Below the pieces are notes generated by a model, which worked only from the letters and a program-made list of their open reading frames with translations, had not been told where the DNA came from and did no database searches. From contig CAVPPB010000003.1 in the NCBI GenBank assembly GCA_963707215.1, positions 736,001 to 800,000 on the forward strand: a stretch of DNA of 64,000 nucleotides. Direction: 5' to 3'. The first letter of the stretch is position 1, and each line of letters opens with the position of its first letter. The position numbers and the translations under genes were made by a program. This document shows, in pieces, positions 51,758 through 61,719 of the stretch. This DNA is from an uncultured Chloroflexia bacterium. Its GTDB lineage: Bacteria; Chloroflexota; Limnocylindria; Limnocylindrales; CSP1-4.

Positions 51758-51978
51758 GGTGGCCGACGTCGCTCGGTCCGACCTGATCCCTGCGCGCCGA
51801 CGGTACTACCCTCCGGGGCCCGCGGCTTTCGCTCGCGGGCACTCACGCGGGCCGTGGTCGCGGCGCATCCGTCACCCCGGACCGGGCAGGATGGTGCGCC
51901 ACGTCACCGGGTCCCCGCCAGAGCCGAACGGCTCACGACCCCGCTTGAGCGGGGGCCGCCCACGTGTAGCCGGCCACC
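51758..51978 (-). ncRNA. candidate structured RNA of unknown family
   Basis: 10-bp closing stem GGUGGCCGGC/GUCGGCCACC and several internal hairpins including a GAAA tetraloop, in a ~390-bp intergenic gap. Confidence 0.3.
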
Positions 51979-52075
51979 ACCATCGGGCGTCCGCGTCGCG
52001 GCACGCGAACCGCCCGGCACGGCCCCAGCTGGCACGGCATCATGAGGGCGGGTCGCTCCGTGAGGAAGGAACGCG

Positions 52076-52573
52076 ATGATCGAGGTCGAGCGTCGGATCC
52101 GGATCGCCAGGTCGCCGGAGCAGGTCTTCGTCCACCTGTCGCGACCCGAGGGCTACCCGGTCTGGCTGCCCGGCGTCCGTCGGGTGGTGGTCGCCGATGA
52201 GGGCCCGGTGGGACCCGGCACACCGGTCTCGCTCGAGTTCGACGGACCGGCCGGGCGCATCCTCGCCGAAGGACGGCTGACCGACGTGGAGCACGATCGT
52301 CGGGTGGCCCTCGAGGCGGCCGCCCAGCAGCTCCGCTTCGATGCCCGGATCGACCTCCGGCCGGTCGACGGCCTCGAGCCGGTGGGCGACGTCGACGTTC
52401 CGGCGCGTCCCGGCGAGGATCCGCCGGTCGACGGGCTCGCCACCGAGCTGACCCTCGCCGTCCGCCTCGAGCTGCGCGGCGGGCTCAGGTTCCTCGAGGG
52501 ACTGGCCCGGGCCCAGGCGATCGGCGAGGTCGGCAAAGCCCTCGAGCGACTCCGGGCCGAGATCGAGACCTAG
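52076..52573 (+). CDS. SRPBCC family protein
   Basis: I.IARSPEQVF..L..PE..P.W.PG START-like N-terminus; GAGGAAGGA RBS. Confidence 0.8.
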   Translation: MIEVERRIRIARSPEQVFVHLSRPEGYPVWLPGVRRVVVADEGPVGPGTPVSLEFDGPAGRILAEGRLTDVEHDRRVALEAAAQQLRFDARIDLRPVDGLEPVGDVDVPARPGEDPPVDGLATELTLAVRLELRGGLRFLEGLARAQAIGEVGKALERLRAEIET

Positions 52574-52604
52574 GCCGTCGGGACCGCGCGACCACCACCG
52601 AGCC

Positions 52605-54083
52605 TCAACTGAGGTGGCGCAGCTCCGGCCAGATCTCGGCCCAGCCGCGTGGCGGCGGACCGCAGAGCAGCACCGGTAGCCCCTGCTCCTCGTTCGAGAC
52701 CCCGAGCCCGTTGTCGATGGTGGCGAGCGTCCGGCAGGCATGGAACACGTCGCTGAGCCACGCTGCGCCGATCCCGACGACGATGACGGGCGCGGCGTCG
52801 TCGGAAGGCGGGCCCCAGTCGTGGAAGCCCTGGTGGCCCGAGTAGGCCGGCGGCAGGCCCCGCTCCTCGCCCAGCACGACGAGTGCGCCGGCCTCACCGT
52901 AGTTGCCGGTGAACAGGATGGCCCGGGCACGTTCCTCCGGCGTCAGCTCGCCGGCGACCGTTTCGACCGTGTCCACGAGCTCCGGCCAGCCGACCTGCTC
53001 GACCGACTCCGCGTTGAGCTCCGAAACGGCTGCGACCACGGGGGAATCGGCGGGGAGGACGGGCAGCGTGAGCAGGGCCGCGACGACCGCCGAGCCTGCC
53101 GCCAGCGCCGCCGCGGCGACGACGCGAGCCCGTCCCAGGGTCACCCAGGCGGCGACGGGTCCCGCGCCGGCAGCGACGAGGACCGGCAGGTAGCCGACCG
53201 CGTAGTAGCCCTTGCCGCCGGTCACCAGCAGGAGTCCGAGCACCGCCACGTACCCGATGCCGATGGCCCGCCAGGGTCGTCCCTCGGGTCTGACCAGGAG
53301 CCGTTGCAGGCCCACGATGAAGACGGGAGCGACGAGCCCGGCGAGGAGCAGCTGCATGGGGAGCAGGAGGATCCGGTTCTCCGCCCCGTCGCGCTCGCTG
53401 ATGACGCGGCCCATCTCCAACTGCGGCCAGCCGTTGGCCGCCTGCCAGGCGAGGTTCGGAAGCCAGATCACGACCGCGATCCCCACCGCGATCCATACCT
53501 CGGGCCGCCGGAGGACATCCCGCCGCGCCAGCAGCAGCCCGACCGCGAGGCTCGCGCCCAGGAAGACGACGAGATGCTTGTTGAGCAGCCCGATCCCGGC
53601 GACCAGCCCGACCAGGAGCCAGAGGCGGGGATCCGCGCCTCCGAGCAGCCGGACGACCAGCCAGAGGATGACGCTCCAGGCCAGAGCGTCCAGGGTGGCC
53701 GTCGCCAGCAGGTGTCCCCCCAGCAGGACAGCCGGCGAGACCGCCATGGCCACGGCGGCGACCACCTGGGCCGTCCGGCCACCCCCGAGATCGCGGGCCA
53801 TCAACGCGGCGATCACCGTGATCAGGAGCGCGGCCGCTCCGGAGATCAGGCGCAGGCCGACCGGGGTCGGGCCGGTGATCGACTCGGCCAGCGCCGCGAG
53901 GAGCGGCGTGAGAGGTGGCTGGTCCGGGTAGCCCCAGGCCGGATGGCGACCAGCGACGATGAAGTACAGCTCGTCCCGGTGGAAGCCGTACTGCTCGGCG
54001 GTGACCAGGAGGACGGCACCCAGGACGGCCGTGACGGCGAGGACCGGGAGCACCGCGAGTGGTGGACGCTGACGCTCGTTCAC
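52605..54083 (-). CDS. glycosyltransferase family 39 (PMT/ArnT-like)
   Basis: YGFHRDELY, GYPDQPPL, GLLNK, PNLAWQ..NGWP, NYGEAG. Confidence 0.88.
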   Translation of the reverse strand: MNERQRPPLAVLPVLAVTAVLGAVLLVTAEQYGFHRDELYFIVAGRHPAWGYPDQPPLTPLLAALAESITGPTPVGLRLISGAAALLITVIAALMARDLGGGRTAQVVAAVAMAVSPAVLLGGHLLATATLDALAWSVILWLVVRLLGGADPRLWLLVGLVAGIGLLNKHLVVFLGASLAVGLLLARRDVLRRPEVWIAVGIAVVIWLPNLAWQAANGWPQLEMGRVISERDGAENRILLLPMQLLLAGLVAPVFIVGLQRLLVRPEGRPWRAIGIGYVAVLGLLLVTGGKGYYAVGYLPVLVAAGAGPVAAWVTLGRARVVAAAALAAGSAVVAALLTLPVLPADSPVVAAVSELNAESVEQVGWPELVDTVETVAGELTPEERARAILFTGNYGEAGALVVLGEERGLPPAYSGHQGFHDWGPPSDDAAPVIVVGIGAAWLSDVFHACRTLATIDNGLGVSNEEQGLPVLLCGPPPRGWAEIWPELRHLS

Positions 54084-54230
54084 GGCTACCTCCCGATCCC
54101 CGCGTGCCCGACCGTGGCAGGCGAGATACGACCAGTCTGACCGCTTTGTCGAGGTGCCCAGGGGCACGCCACCAGCCGTCCGCACACGGGACCACTGGCG
54201 GGTTCGCGCTCCAGGGTGTACCGTGCCCAC

Positions 54231-54326
54231 GTCCCCGCGCTGTGTGGGGATGCTCCGCGTGGTCGACCGACTTCTCGAACAGACCGTGCGCCGGCGTATG
54301 AGTTCGAGAAGACGAAAGGGTCAACC
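54231..54326 (+). promoter_or_regulatory. structured 5' UTR of cold-shock gene
   Basis: -10-like TACCGT at 54219-54224; perfect 10-bp stem CTTCTCGAAC (54271-54280)/GTTCGAGAAG (54302-54311). Confidence 0.5.
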
Positions 54327-54530
54327 ATGGCCACCGGAACCATCAAGAAGATCGTCGCGGACCGCGGCTTCGGTTTCATCACCGGAGAGGACGGCAAGGA
54401 CTACTTCTTCCATCGCGACGGACTCGACAGCTCCCTCGACTTCGACCGCCTGGTCGGCGGCGAGCGCGTCGACTTCCAGATCGAGCAGAGCCCCAAGGGC
54501 CCGCGCGCCGCTCAGGTGCGCTCCGCCTAG
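54327..54530 (+). CDS. cold-shock domain protein
   Basis: RNP1 RGFGFI, RNP2 YFFH, KGPRA..V; 67 aa. Confidence 0.95.
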   Translation: MATGTIKKIVADRGFGFITGEDGKDYFFHRDGLDSSLDFDRLVGGERVDFQIEQSPKGPRAAQVRSA

Positions 54531-54664
54531 TCGGCTCCCGCGGCCTCCGGGCCGCGAGACGCTCGCGTCGGCTCCGGCCGACGACCGATCCGGCCCCCGG
54601 TCATCCGGGGGCCGTTCGATTCCCTGCCCTGGGCAGCACTCGAGGCACGCTCCGACCCGTGTGG

Positions 54665-54684
54665 TGGTATCGATGTGATATCAT
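54665..54684 (+). promoter_or_regulatory. tandem TGGTATCG/TGATATCA boxes overlapping -10 TATCAT; candidate ribbon-helix-helix operator
   Basis: Palindromic 8-mers 11 bp apart upstream of an operon that contains an Arc-like gene. Confidence 0.5.
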
Positions 54685-54709
54685 GTGGTCGCCGAAAGGA
54701 GGCCATTCG

Positions 54710-55594
54710 ATGGTCAAGGAGCGCACCACGTTCTCACTTCCCGGGCTACCGATTGCGGTCATCAGCATCGCGGCCGGCATCGCCCTCGTCGCCTGGCCCG
54801 CGTGGCTCGTCTGGCAGATGATCGAGACCCAGGCGTTCGACCTGGCCATCGTCTTCCCGCTGCTGCTCTGGGTCCCGGTGGTCGTCGTGGCCGCGGGCCT
54901 GACGGTCGTGAACCCCAACGAGGCCCGGGCGATCGTCTTCCTGGGCCACTACGCCGGAACCGTCCGCCGCCAGGGCTTCTGGTGGGTCAACCCGTTCACG
55001 CTGCGGCCCAAGATCTCCGTCCGGGTCCGCAACTTCGAGACCGGTCGGCTCAAGGTCAACGACCGCAGCGGCAACCCGATCGAGATCGCCGCCGTCGTCG
55101 TCTGGAGGGTCACCGACACCGCCGAGGCGCTCTTCGAGGTCGATGACTACGAGGGCTTCGTGCACGTCCAGTCCGAGGCCGCCCTCCGCGGGCTGGCCAT
55201 GGCCTACCCGTACGACGCCCATGACGACGAGGTGATGTCGCTCCGCTCCAGCCCGGCCGAGATCTCCGAGCAGCTCAAGACCGAGGTCCAGGACCGTCTC
55301 GAGAAGGCCGGCGTCGAGGTCCTCGAGACGCGCATCAGCCACCTCGCCTACGCGCCCGAGATCGCCAGCGTCATGCTCCGCCGCCAGCAGGCCGAGGCGG
55401 TCATCGCCGCCCGGACCCGCATCGTCGAGGGTGCGGTCGGGATGGTCGAGATGGCCCTCGCGCAGCTCTCGGAGAAGCGCCTCGTCGACCTCGACGAGGA
55501 GCGCAAGGCGACGATGGTCAGCAACCTGCTCGTGGTGCTCTGCAGCGAGCAGCAGACCCAGCCCGTCGTCAACACCGGGACGCTCTACGCGTGA
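54710..55594 (+). CDS. SPFH/band 7 domain membrane protein
   Basis: [52 protein letters not shown]; AGGAGG RBS. Confidence 0.93.
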   Translation: MVKERTTFSLPGLPIAVISIAAGIALVAWPAWLVWQMIETQAFDLAIVFPLLLWVPVVVVAAGLTVVNPNEARAIVFLGHYAGTVRRQGFWWVNPFTLRPKISVRVRNFETGRLKVNDRSGNPIEIAAVVVWRVTDTAEALFEVDDYEGFVHVQSEAALRGLAMAYPYDAHDDEVMSLRSSPAEISEQLKTEVQDRLEKAGVEVLETRISHLAYAPEIASVMLRRQQAEAVIAARTRIVEGAVGMVEMALAQLSEKRLVDLDEERKATMVSNLLVVLCSEQQTQPVVNTGTLYA

Positions 55595-55605
55595 CGCGCT
55601 GACCC

Positions 55606-55794
55606 ATGGCCGGGCGGAAAGCGTTCCTCCTCCGCCTCGATCCGGCGGTCCACGAGGCCCTCGCTCGCTGGGCCGCCGACGACCTGCGAAGCGTCAACGG
55701 CCAGGTCGAGTTCCTGCTCCGGCGGGCGCTCCGCGAGGCGGGGCGCCTGCCGCGGTCACGCGACCGACGGGCGCGCCGACCACCGTCGAGCTAG
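55606..55794 (+). CDS. Arc-like ribbon-helix-helix DNA-binding protein
   Basis: RKAFLLRLDP...WAADDLRSVNGQVEFLL. Confidence 0.88.
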   Translation: MAGRKAFLLRLDPAVHEALARWAADDLRSVNGQVEFLLRRALREAGRLPRSRDRRARRPPSS

Positions 55795-55846
55795 GACGCC
55801 TGCAACGGCCGAGGCGATCGCGCGTCTCCCACGTCGGAGGCAAGCG

Positions 55847-56347
55847 ATGAGCGCGACCCAGCCGATCAGCACGCCGCACCCGACCGCCGGCGTCGACCGC
55901 AGGATCCTCGTGATCGGCGTCGGGCTGGCCGTCGTGTTCGTCGCCATCCTGGCCCTCGCCCTGGCCCTTGGTGGCCGCCCCGCCTCCTACCCGGCCGGGT
56001 CGCCGGAGGCGGCCTTCCAGGCATTCCTCCAGGCCTCGGAGGGCGGCGACACGGAGACCGCCTACGCGGCGCTCTCGCCGCAGGTCCGCGCGAGGTGGAC
56101 GTATGCAGCCTTCGACCAGCAGCACCGGATGTACCGGAGCGGCGATGAGCGCACGCTCGTCTACATCGACCGGGTCGACGTCGCCGGCGATCGGGCGACC
56201 CTTCGCTTGACCGTCGAGCACCTCTACGGCGAGGGGCTGACCAGCGACCGCTGGACGGAGCACGACGTGCCGGTCCGAATGCTCCTCGTCGACGGGAACT
56301 GGTACGTGGACCAGGCGCTCACCGGGACCCAGGAGATGTACAAGTGA
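55847..56347 (+). CDS. membrane-anchored hypothetical protein (NTF2-like pattern)
   Basis: GGAGG RBS, one TM, SPE....F..A...GD...AY..LS and DG.W.V pattern. Confidence 0.7.
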   Translation: MSATQPISTPHPTAGVDRRILVIGVGLAVVFVAILALALALGGRPASYPAGSPEAAFQAFLQASEGGDTETAYAALSPQVRARWTYAAFDQQHRMYRSGDERTLVYIDRVDVAGDRATLRLTVEHLYGEGLTSDRWTEHDVPVRMLLVDGNWYVDQALTGTQEMYK

Positions 56348-56376
56348 CGGCGGTCTGACCGCGGGAGGCGATCGAG

Positions 56377-58035
56377 ATGTCCACCATCCGACGGCTATAC
56401 CTCTATGGCGTCTCGGCCATCGCCCTTGCGCTGCTGGCCGTCGGCGCCGCGAGCCTCCTTGAGCTCGCTTTCGAGCGGATCGGGCGAGCGATCGCGGGCT
56501 CCAGCATCATCGACATCGGGCTGGACCGCGAGCTGCTTGCCCTCTCCGTCGCGCTCCTGCTCGTCGGCCTGCCGCTCTGGCTCGTCCACTGGTGGCTCGC
56601 CGAGCGGTCCGTCCGCCGTGACACCGCCGAGGCCGACGCGGAGCGTCGCTCGGTCGTCCGGGCGGTCTACCTGGCCGGGGTCTGCGCGGTCGGCCTCGGC
56701 TACCTGGCGACGGGGGGCACGGCGCTCGTCGAGACGTTGATCCGCGCCCCGGCCTCCTGGCCGGCCGACCTCGCCGGGCCGCTGGCCCGCACCCTGGTCG
56801 CGCTCGCCGTCCTGGCGTTCCACGTCCGGGCCCGGATCAAGGACACGGCGACCGGCCCGCTCGGCGGGGCAGCGGCATGGCTCGGCCGCCTCTACCTCTA
56901 CGGCGGCGTGGTCGGCGGAGCGTTCGTCGGCCTCTGGGGGGTCTCCCGGACCATCGAGATCGTCGGCAACGAGGTCCTGGGCACCGCCGCCCTGGGTTCC
57001 GGCAACGCCCTCCGGTTCGAGATGGCCAACGCGGTCGCGCTGGTGGTCGTCGGCGGGCTCATCTGCCTCGCCCACGCCTGGTATGCCCGGCGGCTGCCGG
57101 CATTCGCGGGCTGGCGCGGCGAGGCCGAGCGGACCTCGCTCGTCCGGGCGGCGCACGGCGTCATCGCGGTCGGCATCGCGACCGTGATCTCGATCTTCGC
57201 CGCGGCCTCGACCCTCGGCTGGCTCTTCGCCCAGGCCCTGGGGGTGGGCGGATCGGCCGACACGGCACGCGCGATCCAGCAGACCGCCGGTCCGCTCGCC
57301 GCGATGTTGCCGTTCCTCGTCGGCGGCGTCCTCTTCGGGCTCGTCACGGTCCGTGAAGCGGGCGTCTTCCGCGGCCCGGAGGCGGCTGTCGCCGCCCGCA
57401 GGTCGCTGCGGCTGAGTATCGCCGGCATCGGGCTGGCGATCGGATCGGTCGGCCTGGCCCGGGCGCTCGGTATCACCGTCGAGGCCGCCCTCGGGCCGGC
57501 GGTGATCGGTGGGGTCGCCTACCAGGACGAGATCGCCTGGATGCTGCCCTACGCCATCACGGGGCTGTTCACCTGGCTCGTCGCCTGGGCGCTGGTCCTG
57601 CGCGACGGCGCCGCGGACCGACTCGTCGAGGCGCGCTCGCTCGTCCGCCGCGTCTACCTGTACCTCGTCGCAGGGAGCTCGGTGACCGCGGCCGGCCTCG
57701 CGCTGGCCTTCCTGATCTACCAGGGCCTGCGGGTCGCCCTCGACATCGGCTTCGTCGAGGCCTGGGAGCTGAGCCAACCGTTCGTCGTCGTCGGCGTCGG
57801 CGGCACGGTGCTCCTCTACCACCTCTGGGTCCTGCGCGGCGACCTGGCGACACGAACGGCGGCCGAGCCTGCCGAGGTCCCAGCGTCCGCAGGCGTCACG
57901 GCGGTCGTCGAGGAGCTGGTCCTGGAAGGGCCGGCCGGCAGCGACGTCGAGCCGGTCAACCAGGTCCTCCGCCAGCACCTGCCGAGCGGCTGGAGCCTGC
58001 GGGTGGTCCATCACGGGGCAGGCGCGGGGCACTAG
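56377..58035 (+). CDS. polytopic membrane protein with repeated RR.YLY units (DUF5671-like)
   Basis: Repeated IRRLYLY / VRAVYL / GRLYLY / VRRVYLY units followed by helices ending in W..H. Confidence 0.78.
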   Translation: MSTIRRLYLYGVSAIALALLAVGAASLLELAFERIGRAIAGSSIIDIGLDRELLALSVALLLVGLPLWLVHWWLAERSVRRDTAEADAERRSVVRAVYLAGVCAVGLGYLATGGTALVETLIRAPASWPADLAGPLARTLVALAVLAFHVRARIKDTATGPLGGAAAWLGRLYLYGGVVGGAFVGLWGVSRTIEIVGNEVLGTAALGSGNALRFEMANAVALVVVGGLICLAHAWYARRLPAFAGWRGEAERTSLVRAAHGVIAVGIATVISIFAAASTLGWLFAQALGVGGSADTARAIQQTAGPLAAMLPFLVGGVLFGLVTVREAGVFRGPEAAVAARRSLRLSIAGIGLAIGSVGLARALGITVEAALGPAVIGGVAYQDEIAWMLPYAITGLFTWLVAWALVLRDGAADRLVEARSLVRRVYLYLVAGSSVTAAGLALAFLIYQGLRVALDIGFVEAWELSQPFVVVGVGGTVLLYHLWVLRGDLATRTAAEPAEVPASAGVTAVVEELVLEGPAGSDVEPVNQVLRQHLPSGWSLRVVHHGAGAGH

Positions 58036-58147
58036 GCGAGGAGCGCGGCGGCGGCTCCGCCAGGTGGCTTGGCAGCACGCCCCACATCCGGCACGATGCC
58101 CGGGCCGGCGGTCGTCGGCCGCGTCCTGCACCACGGAGAGCACCCAG

Positions 58148-58465
58148 ATGGCCAAGTACCTGCTCGCGTACCACGGCGGCAGCAACCCCGAGTCGGAGGA
58201 GGAAGGAGCCCGGGTCATGGCGGCCTGGACCTCCTGGTTCGAGCGGCTTGGCGCCGCGGTCATCGACGGGGGCGATCCCGTCGGCGCGACGATGACCCTC
58301 GCTGCGGACGGCACGACCCGCGAGGGCGCCACCGACCCGGTCACCGGCTACAGCCTCGTCGAGGCACCGGACATGGCGGCGGCGATCGAGCTGGCCAGGG
58401 GCTGCCCGATCCTGGAGGACCCCTCGGGCTCCATCGAGATCTGCGAGACGTTCCAGGTCATGTAG
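58148..58465 (+). CDS. YciI/DGPF-like protein
   Basis: KYLLAYHGG, W..W...LG, GYSLVEA.D...A..LA.GCP. Confidence 0.82.
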   Translation: MAKYLLAYHGGSNPESEEEGARVMAAWTSWFERLGAAVIDGGDPVGATMTLAADGTTREGATDPVTGYSLVEAPDMAAAIELARGCPILEDPSGSIEICETFQVM

Positions 58466-58560
58466 CGGGCGGCGCGCGCACGCGCCCGAGCCCGCGTCCT
58501 TCGACCCTTGCCGCCCATCGGCCCTTGCCGCCGCGTTGCCCGTCCACGCACCATCGGCGC

Positions 58561-59601
58561 ATGGCCGACTGGCGCGCGCGGCTGAACGCCGATCCCCTGC
58601 CCTGGCTGCTCGACGAGGCAGACCCGGCGGTCCGCCATCGGGCGCTCCGGGAGCTGCTCGACCGGCCGGTCGACGACCCGGAGGTGGTCGCCACCCGAGA
58701 GTCCTCCATGACGACCGACCCGATCGCCGCGATCCTGGCCGCCCAGGACCCCGAGGGCTGGTGGATCAAGCCGGGTGGCGGCTACTCCCCCAAGTACAGC
58801 GGCACCGTCTGGTCGCTCGTCTTCCTCGACCAGCTCGGGGCCGACGGCGCCGACCCCCGCATCCGGCGCGGCTGCACGTACCTGCTGGAGCACACGAGCG
58901 CGCCCGGCGGCGGCTTCGGCTGGTCCGGCGGGGTCAAGCGGCCGGCCGACTCGACCGTCGCCCACTGCCTCAACGGGAACCTGCTGCGGGCGCTGCTCGC
59001 CTTCGGCTGGCTGGACGACGAGCGGGTCCAGCGCTCCCTTGCCTGGCAGGCGGCGTCGATCACCGGCGAGGGCGAGATCCGCTGGTACCGCTCGGCCACC
59101 TCGGGGCCCGGTTTCGAGTGCGCCGTCAACGAGCATCTGCCCTGCGGCTGGGGCGCGGCCAAGGCTGTCCTCGCGCTCGCTCGCGTGCCCACGGAGGCGC
59201 GGACGCCGAAGATCGAGCGCGCGCTGGACGCCGGCGTCGAGTTCCTGCTCTCGGTGGACCCCGCGACCGCCATGTACCCGATGGGCTGGGGCAACATCAA
59301 GCCGAACGCGAGCTGGTGGAAGCTCGGCTTCCCCAGCGGCTACGTCGCCGACGTGCTCCAGGTCATGGAGGCGGTGGCCGAGGCGGGCGCGGCCGGCGAC
59401 CCGCGCCTGGCGCCCGCGATCGAGTGGCTGCTGGGCCGACAGGACGCCGAGGGCCGCTGGAAGAACCGCTACGACTACCGCGGCAAGATGAACATCGACA
59501 TCGACACCGGCGGACAACCGAGCCGCTGGGTCACGCTCCGCGCCTGCCGGGTCCTGAAGATGGCGGCGGAGGCGGTCGACACCACGGAACGCGGTCCATG
59601 A
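58561..59601 (+). CDS. prenyltransferase/squalene-cyclase-like alpha/alpha-barrel protein
   Basis: PWLL...DPAVR, QDPEGWW, YSPKY.GT.W, QDAEGRW QW-like repeats, PSRWVTL. Confidence 0.75.
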   Translation: MADWRARLNADPLPWLLDEADPAVRHRALRELLDRPVDDPEVVATRESSMTTDPIAAILAAQDPEGWWIKPGGGYSPKYSGTVWSLVFLDQLGADGADPRIRRGCTYLLEHTSAPGGGFGWSGGVKRPADSTVAHCLNGNLLRALLAFGWLDDERVQRSLAWQAASITGEGEIRWYRSATSGPGFECAVNEHLPCGWGAAKAVLALARVPTEARTPKIERALDAGVEFLLSVDPATAMYPMGWGNIKPNASWWKLGFPSGYVADVLQVMEAVAEAGAAGDPRLAPAIEWLLGRQDAEGRWKNRYDYRGKMNIDIDTGGQPSRWVTLRACRVLKMAAEAVDTTERGP

Positions 59602-60590
59602 TCGTCGAGCCCGTCGGGCCCCCCGCCAGGGGCCGGCTTCGCCGCCTGGCCAACGCGACGGCCTTGGCCGTGCCGATCCTGATCCTGGGCGCCGTCCTGG
59701 CTGTCGGGCTGCTTGGACGAGTCGGTCAGGAGCCCGCGACCCTGCCGACCCCGGACGACCCGTCGGGTTCCCCAGGGATGTCGGACCCCGTTGCGCGAGC
59801 GGCGGAGCGGGCGTCGTTCCCGGCCGCCATCGACGGCCTGCCCGTCCGCAACGTGGGGGCCACCGTCAGACGCCAGGACGGTGGGCTTGGCTCGGGGATC
59901 CGGGCGGTCCGGGGCTACCTCAGCCTCGGTGAGATCCCGCTCGCCTGCGCGGACGAGATCCTCGGCCCGGCCGGGGCTCTCTGCTGGCGCCACGGCCTCC
60001 TGCTCGACGAGCTCGAGTCCCCGTGGGCCGCCGGCGCGGCCCCGCGGATGGCGGACGCCCCGGTCCTTCGCCCGCAGTTCCCGCCGGCGGTCCGCCTGCC
60101 GGCCGACGTGGCCGGGACCATCGCCGAGGCGGATGGGCGGCCGCTCCCGGTCGTCCTGCTCGGCCGGTTCGAGGAGCCCGTGTCCGGCGTCTGCCTGGGG
60201 GCCGGGTGCCCGGCCGCGTTCATCGTGCGGGGCGTCGCCTGGTATGACGGTCACGTCTGGCGGCGACCCACCGTCCTCCAGCCCACGCTCGACTTCGACA
60301 TCGTCGACGACCCCTGGCCAGAGCGCCGCGCGGTTGCCCGCGACGCCCTGGGCGAGGTCGAGCGCGTCCTCGTCATCGCCCTGGTCAGCCCCTTGCGGCT
60401 CGCCACGATCGATCGGGTCGCCGCGCTCGCGTTGCCCAGGCCTGCCCCTGAGCGCGTCTGGTACGTCCTCGGCCTCGAGGTGACGCCGACAGCCGATCCG
60501 ACCGAGCCGATCGGGACGACACGCTGGGTGGTCGTGGACGACGCCACTGGCGAGGTCCTCGCCTCGGGAGGTGACCCGGCCGGGGGGTAG
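59598..60590 (+). CDS. hypothetical membrane-anchored protein
   Basis: ATGA overlap with the upstream stop; N-terminal TM; Cys pairs; C-terminal PepSY-like VVDDATGEVL. Confidence 0.65.
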   Translation: MIVEPVGPPARGRLRRLANATALAVPILILGAVLAVGLLGRVGQEPATLPTPDDPSGSPGMSDPVARAAERASFPAAIDGLPVRNVGATVRRQDGGLGSGIRAVRGYLSLGEIPLACADEILGPAGALCWRHGLLLDELESPWAAGAAPRMADAPVLRPQFPPAVRLPADVAGTIAEADGRPLPVVLLGRFEEPVSGVCLGAGCPAAFIVRGVAWYDGHVWRRPTVLQPTLDFDIVDDPWPERRAVARDALGEVERVLVIALVSPLRLATIDRVAALALPRPAPERVWYVLGLEVTPTADPTEPIGTTRWVVVDDATGEVLASGGDPAGG

Positions 60591-60616
60591 TAGCGGGAGG
60601 CCGGGTGGAGGTCGGG

Positions 60617-61719
60617 CTAGTCGAGCAGCGACGGCGGTCCTTTGAAGATCTGGTTGTGATGGAACCGCAGCTGGGCGGCGCTTGCCTGCAGGTCCGTCTG
60701 GGCTGGCTCGAACGCCATCAGCCCGTCCGCGAGCGGTAGCCGAAACGATCCGTCTGGTGCCTCGATCATGGTTGGCTCGAGACGAGGAGACCTCACCACG
60801 ACGGAGCCGGTTGCGTTCCCGCTTGAGCGTGAATAGCCCTTGTCGAACATCCGGTGAAGAGTCGGGTAAGCGACAGTCCGTTGGGCACGACATCCGGTCC
60901 GTGGTAGGCAACGGGGCGGATATGGGCGAGCTTCGATCAGGCGGGTCGCACGACCCCGGGGTGGGGAAGCGACTCCCGAGATCCCGAAGCCACTGATGGC
61001 ACAGCGATACTCATAGGCCGAATGACGGAGCGGCGAAAGCTGGCATCCCGCTCGGCGGCAGTGCACCAATCGCCTTGACCGTTCGCGCAAGAGGCAGTTG
61101 CAGAGGCCGCTGTGGGCCCCAGACGGCGGGATTTCCCCGGACATCGGGAGCTGGCCCGCATAACCCAGACTCAGAATGTCAGCTGCGCCTCGGGCTCCGA
61201 CAGCGGGCGCACCGAGGCCCCTGAAGTTCGGATGGCTTCGGTCGCGTGGCGCCATAACGTTCCTCGGAGCCATGCCTCGATCGGCTCACCGGCAACGTCG
61301 CGTGGCACCGGGCTTGGTCCTCGAACTCACGTCAGGTCGAGCCGCTCAAGCACGCACAGGCCGTGAACGGCAGACCGGTGCCTCGCTTCGAGAAATGGAG
61401 GACGGCGGGACGAGGCCACGTCGGTTGTCGATCAACGGTCCTCAGGCGAGCTTCAGCGCTTGGTTCCCAGCGAGCTCGTAACAGGCGCGGTGTCGAACCG
61501 CACACCGACGTAGGCCATGCGCCCGTGAGAAGATCGCGGGTCATCCTTGGTCGCGCGGTTCGGGGATGATCGTGTCGGCGAGCATCGCCTCGCCAGACGT
61601 CAGAGGCGCGAACCACTTCCGGTATCGCGCCATGTCCGGATGGCTGCGTAGGATTCACCCGGCGAAACTGGTTCGGTGTATGCACTGACGGACTTCGAGG
61701 TCAGCACGAGACACTTCAT
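60617..61719 (-). pseudogene. HNH restriction-endonuclease-like gene with multiple frameshifts, in a lower-GC patch
   Basis: Stitching frames gives RDASFRRSVIR-AYEYRCAISG...LIEA-AHIRPV....DVVPNGLSL-PTLHRMFDKG-LFTL. Confidence 0.7.

Noticed and set aside
51758-51978. SRP RNA, c-di-AMP or cobalamin riboswitch
   Set aside because: Only fragmentary resemblance; the SRP helix-8 CAGG..GNRA..AGCAG and riboswitch cores are not matched.
58561-59601. Squalene-hopene cyclase or nitrogenase-related gene
   Set aside because: Too short, no DXDD motif, no P-loop; only QW-like repeats.
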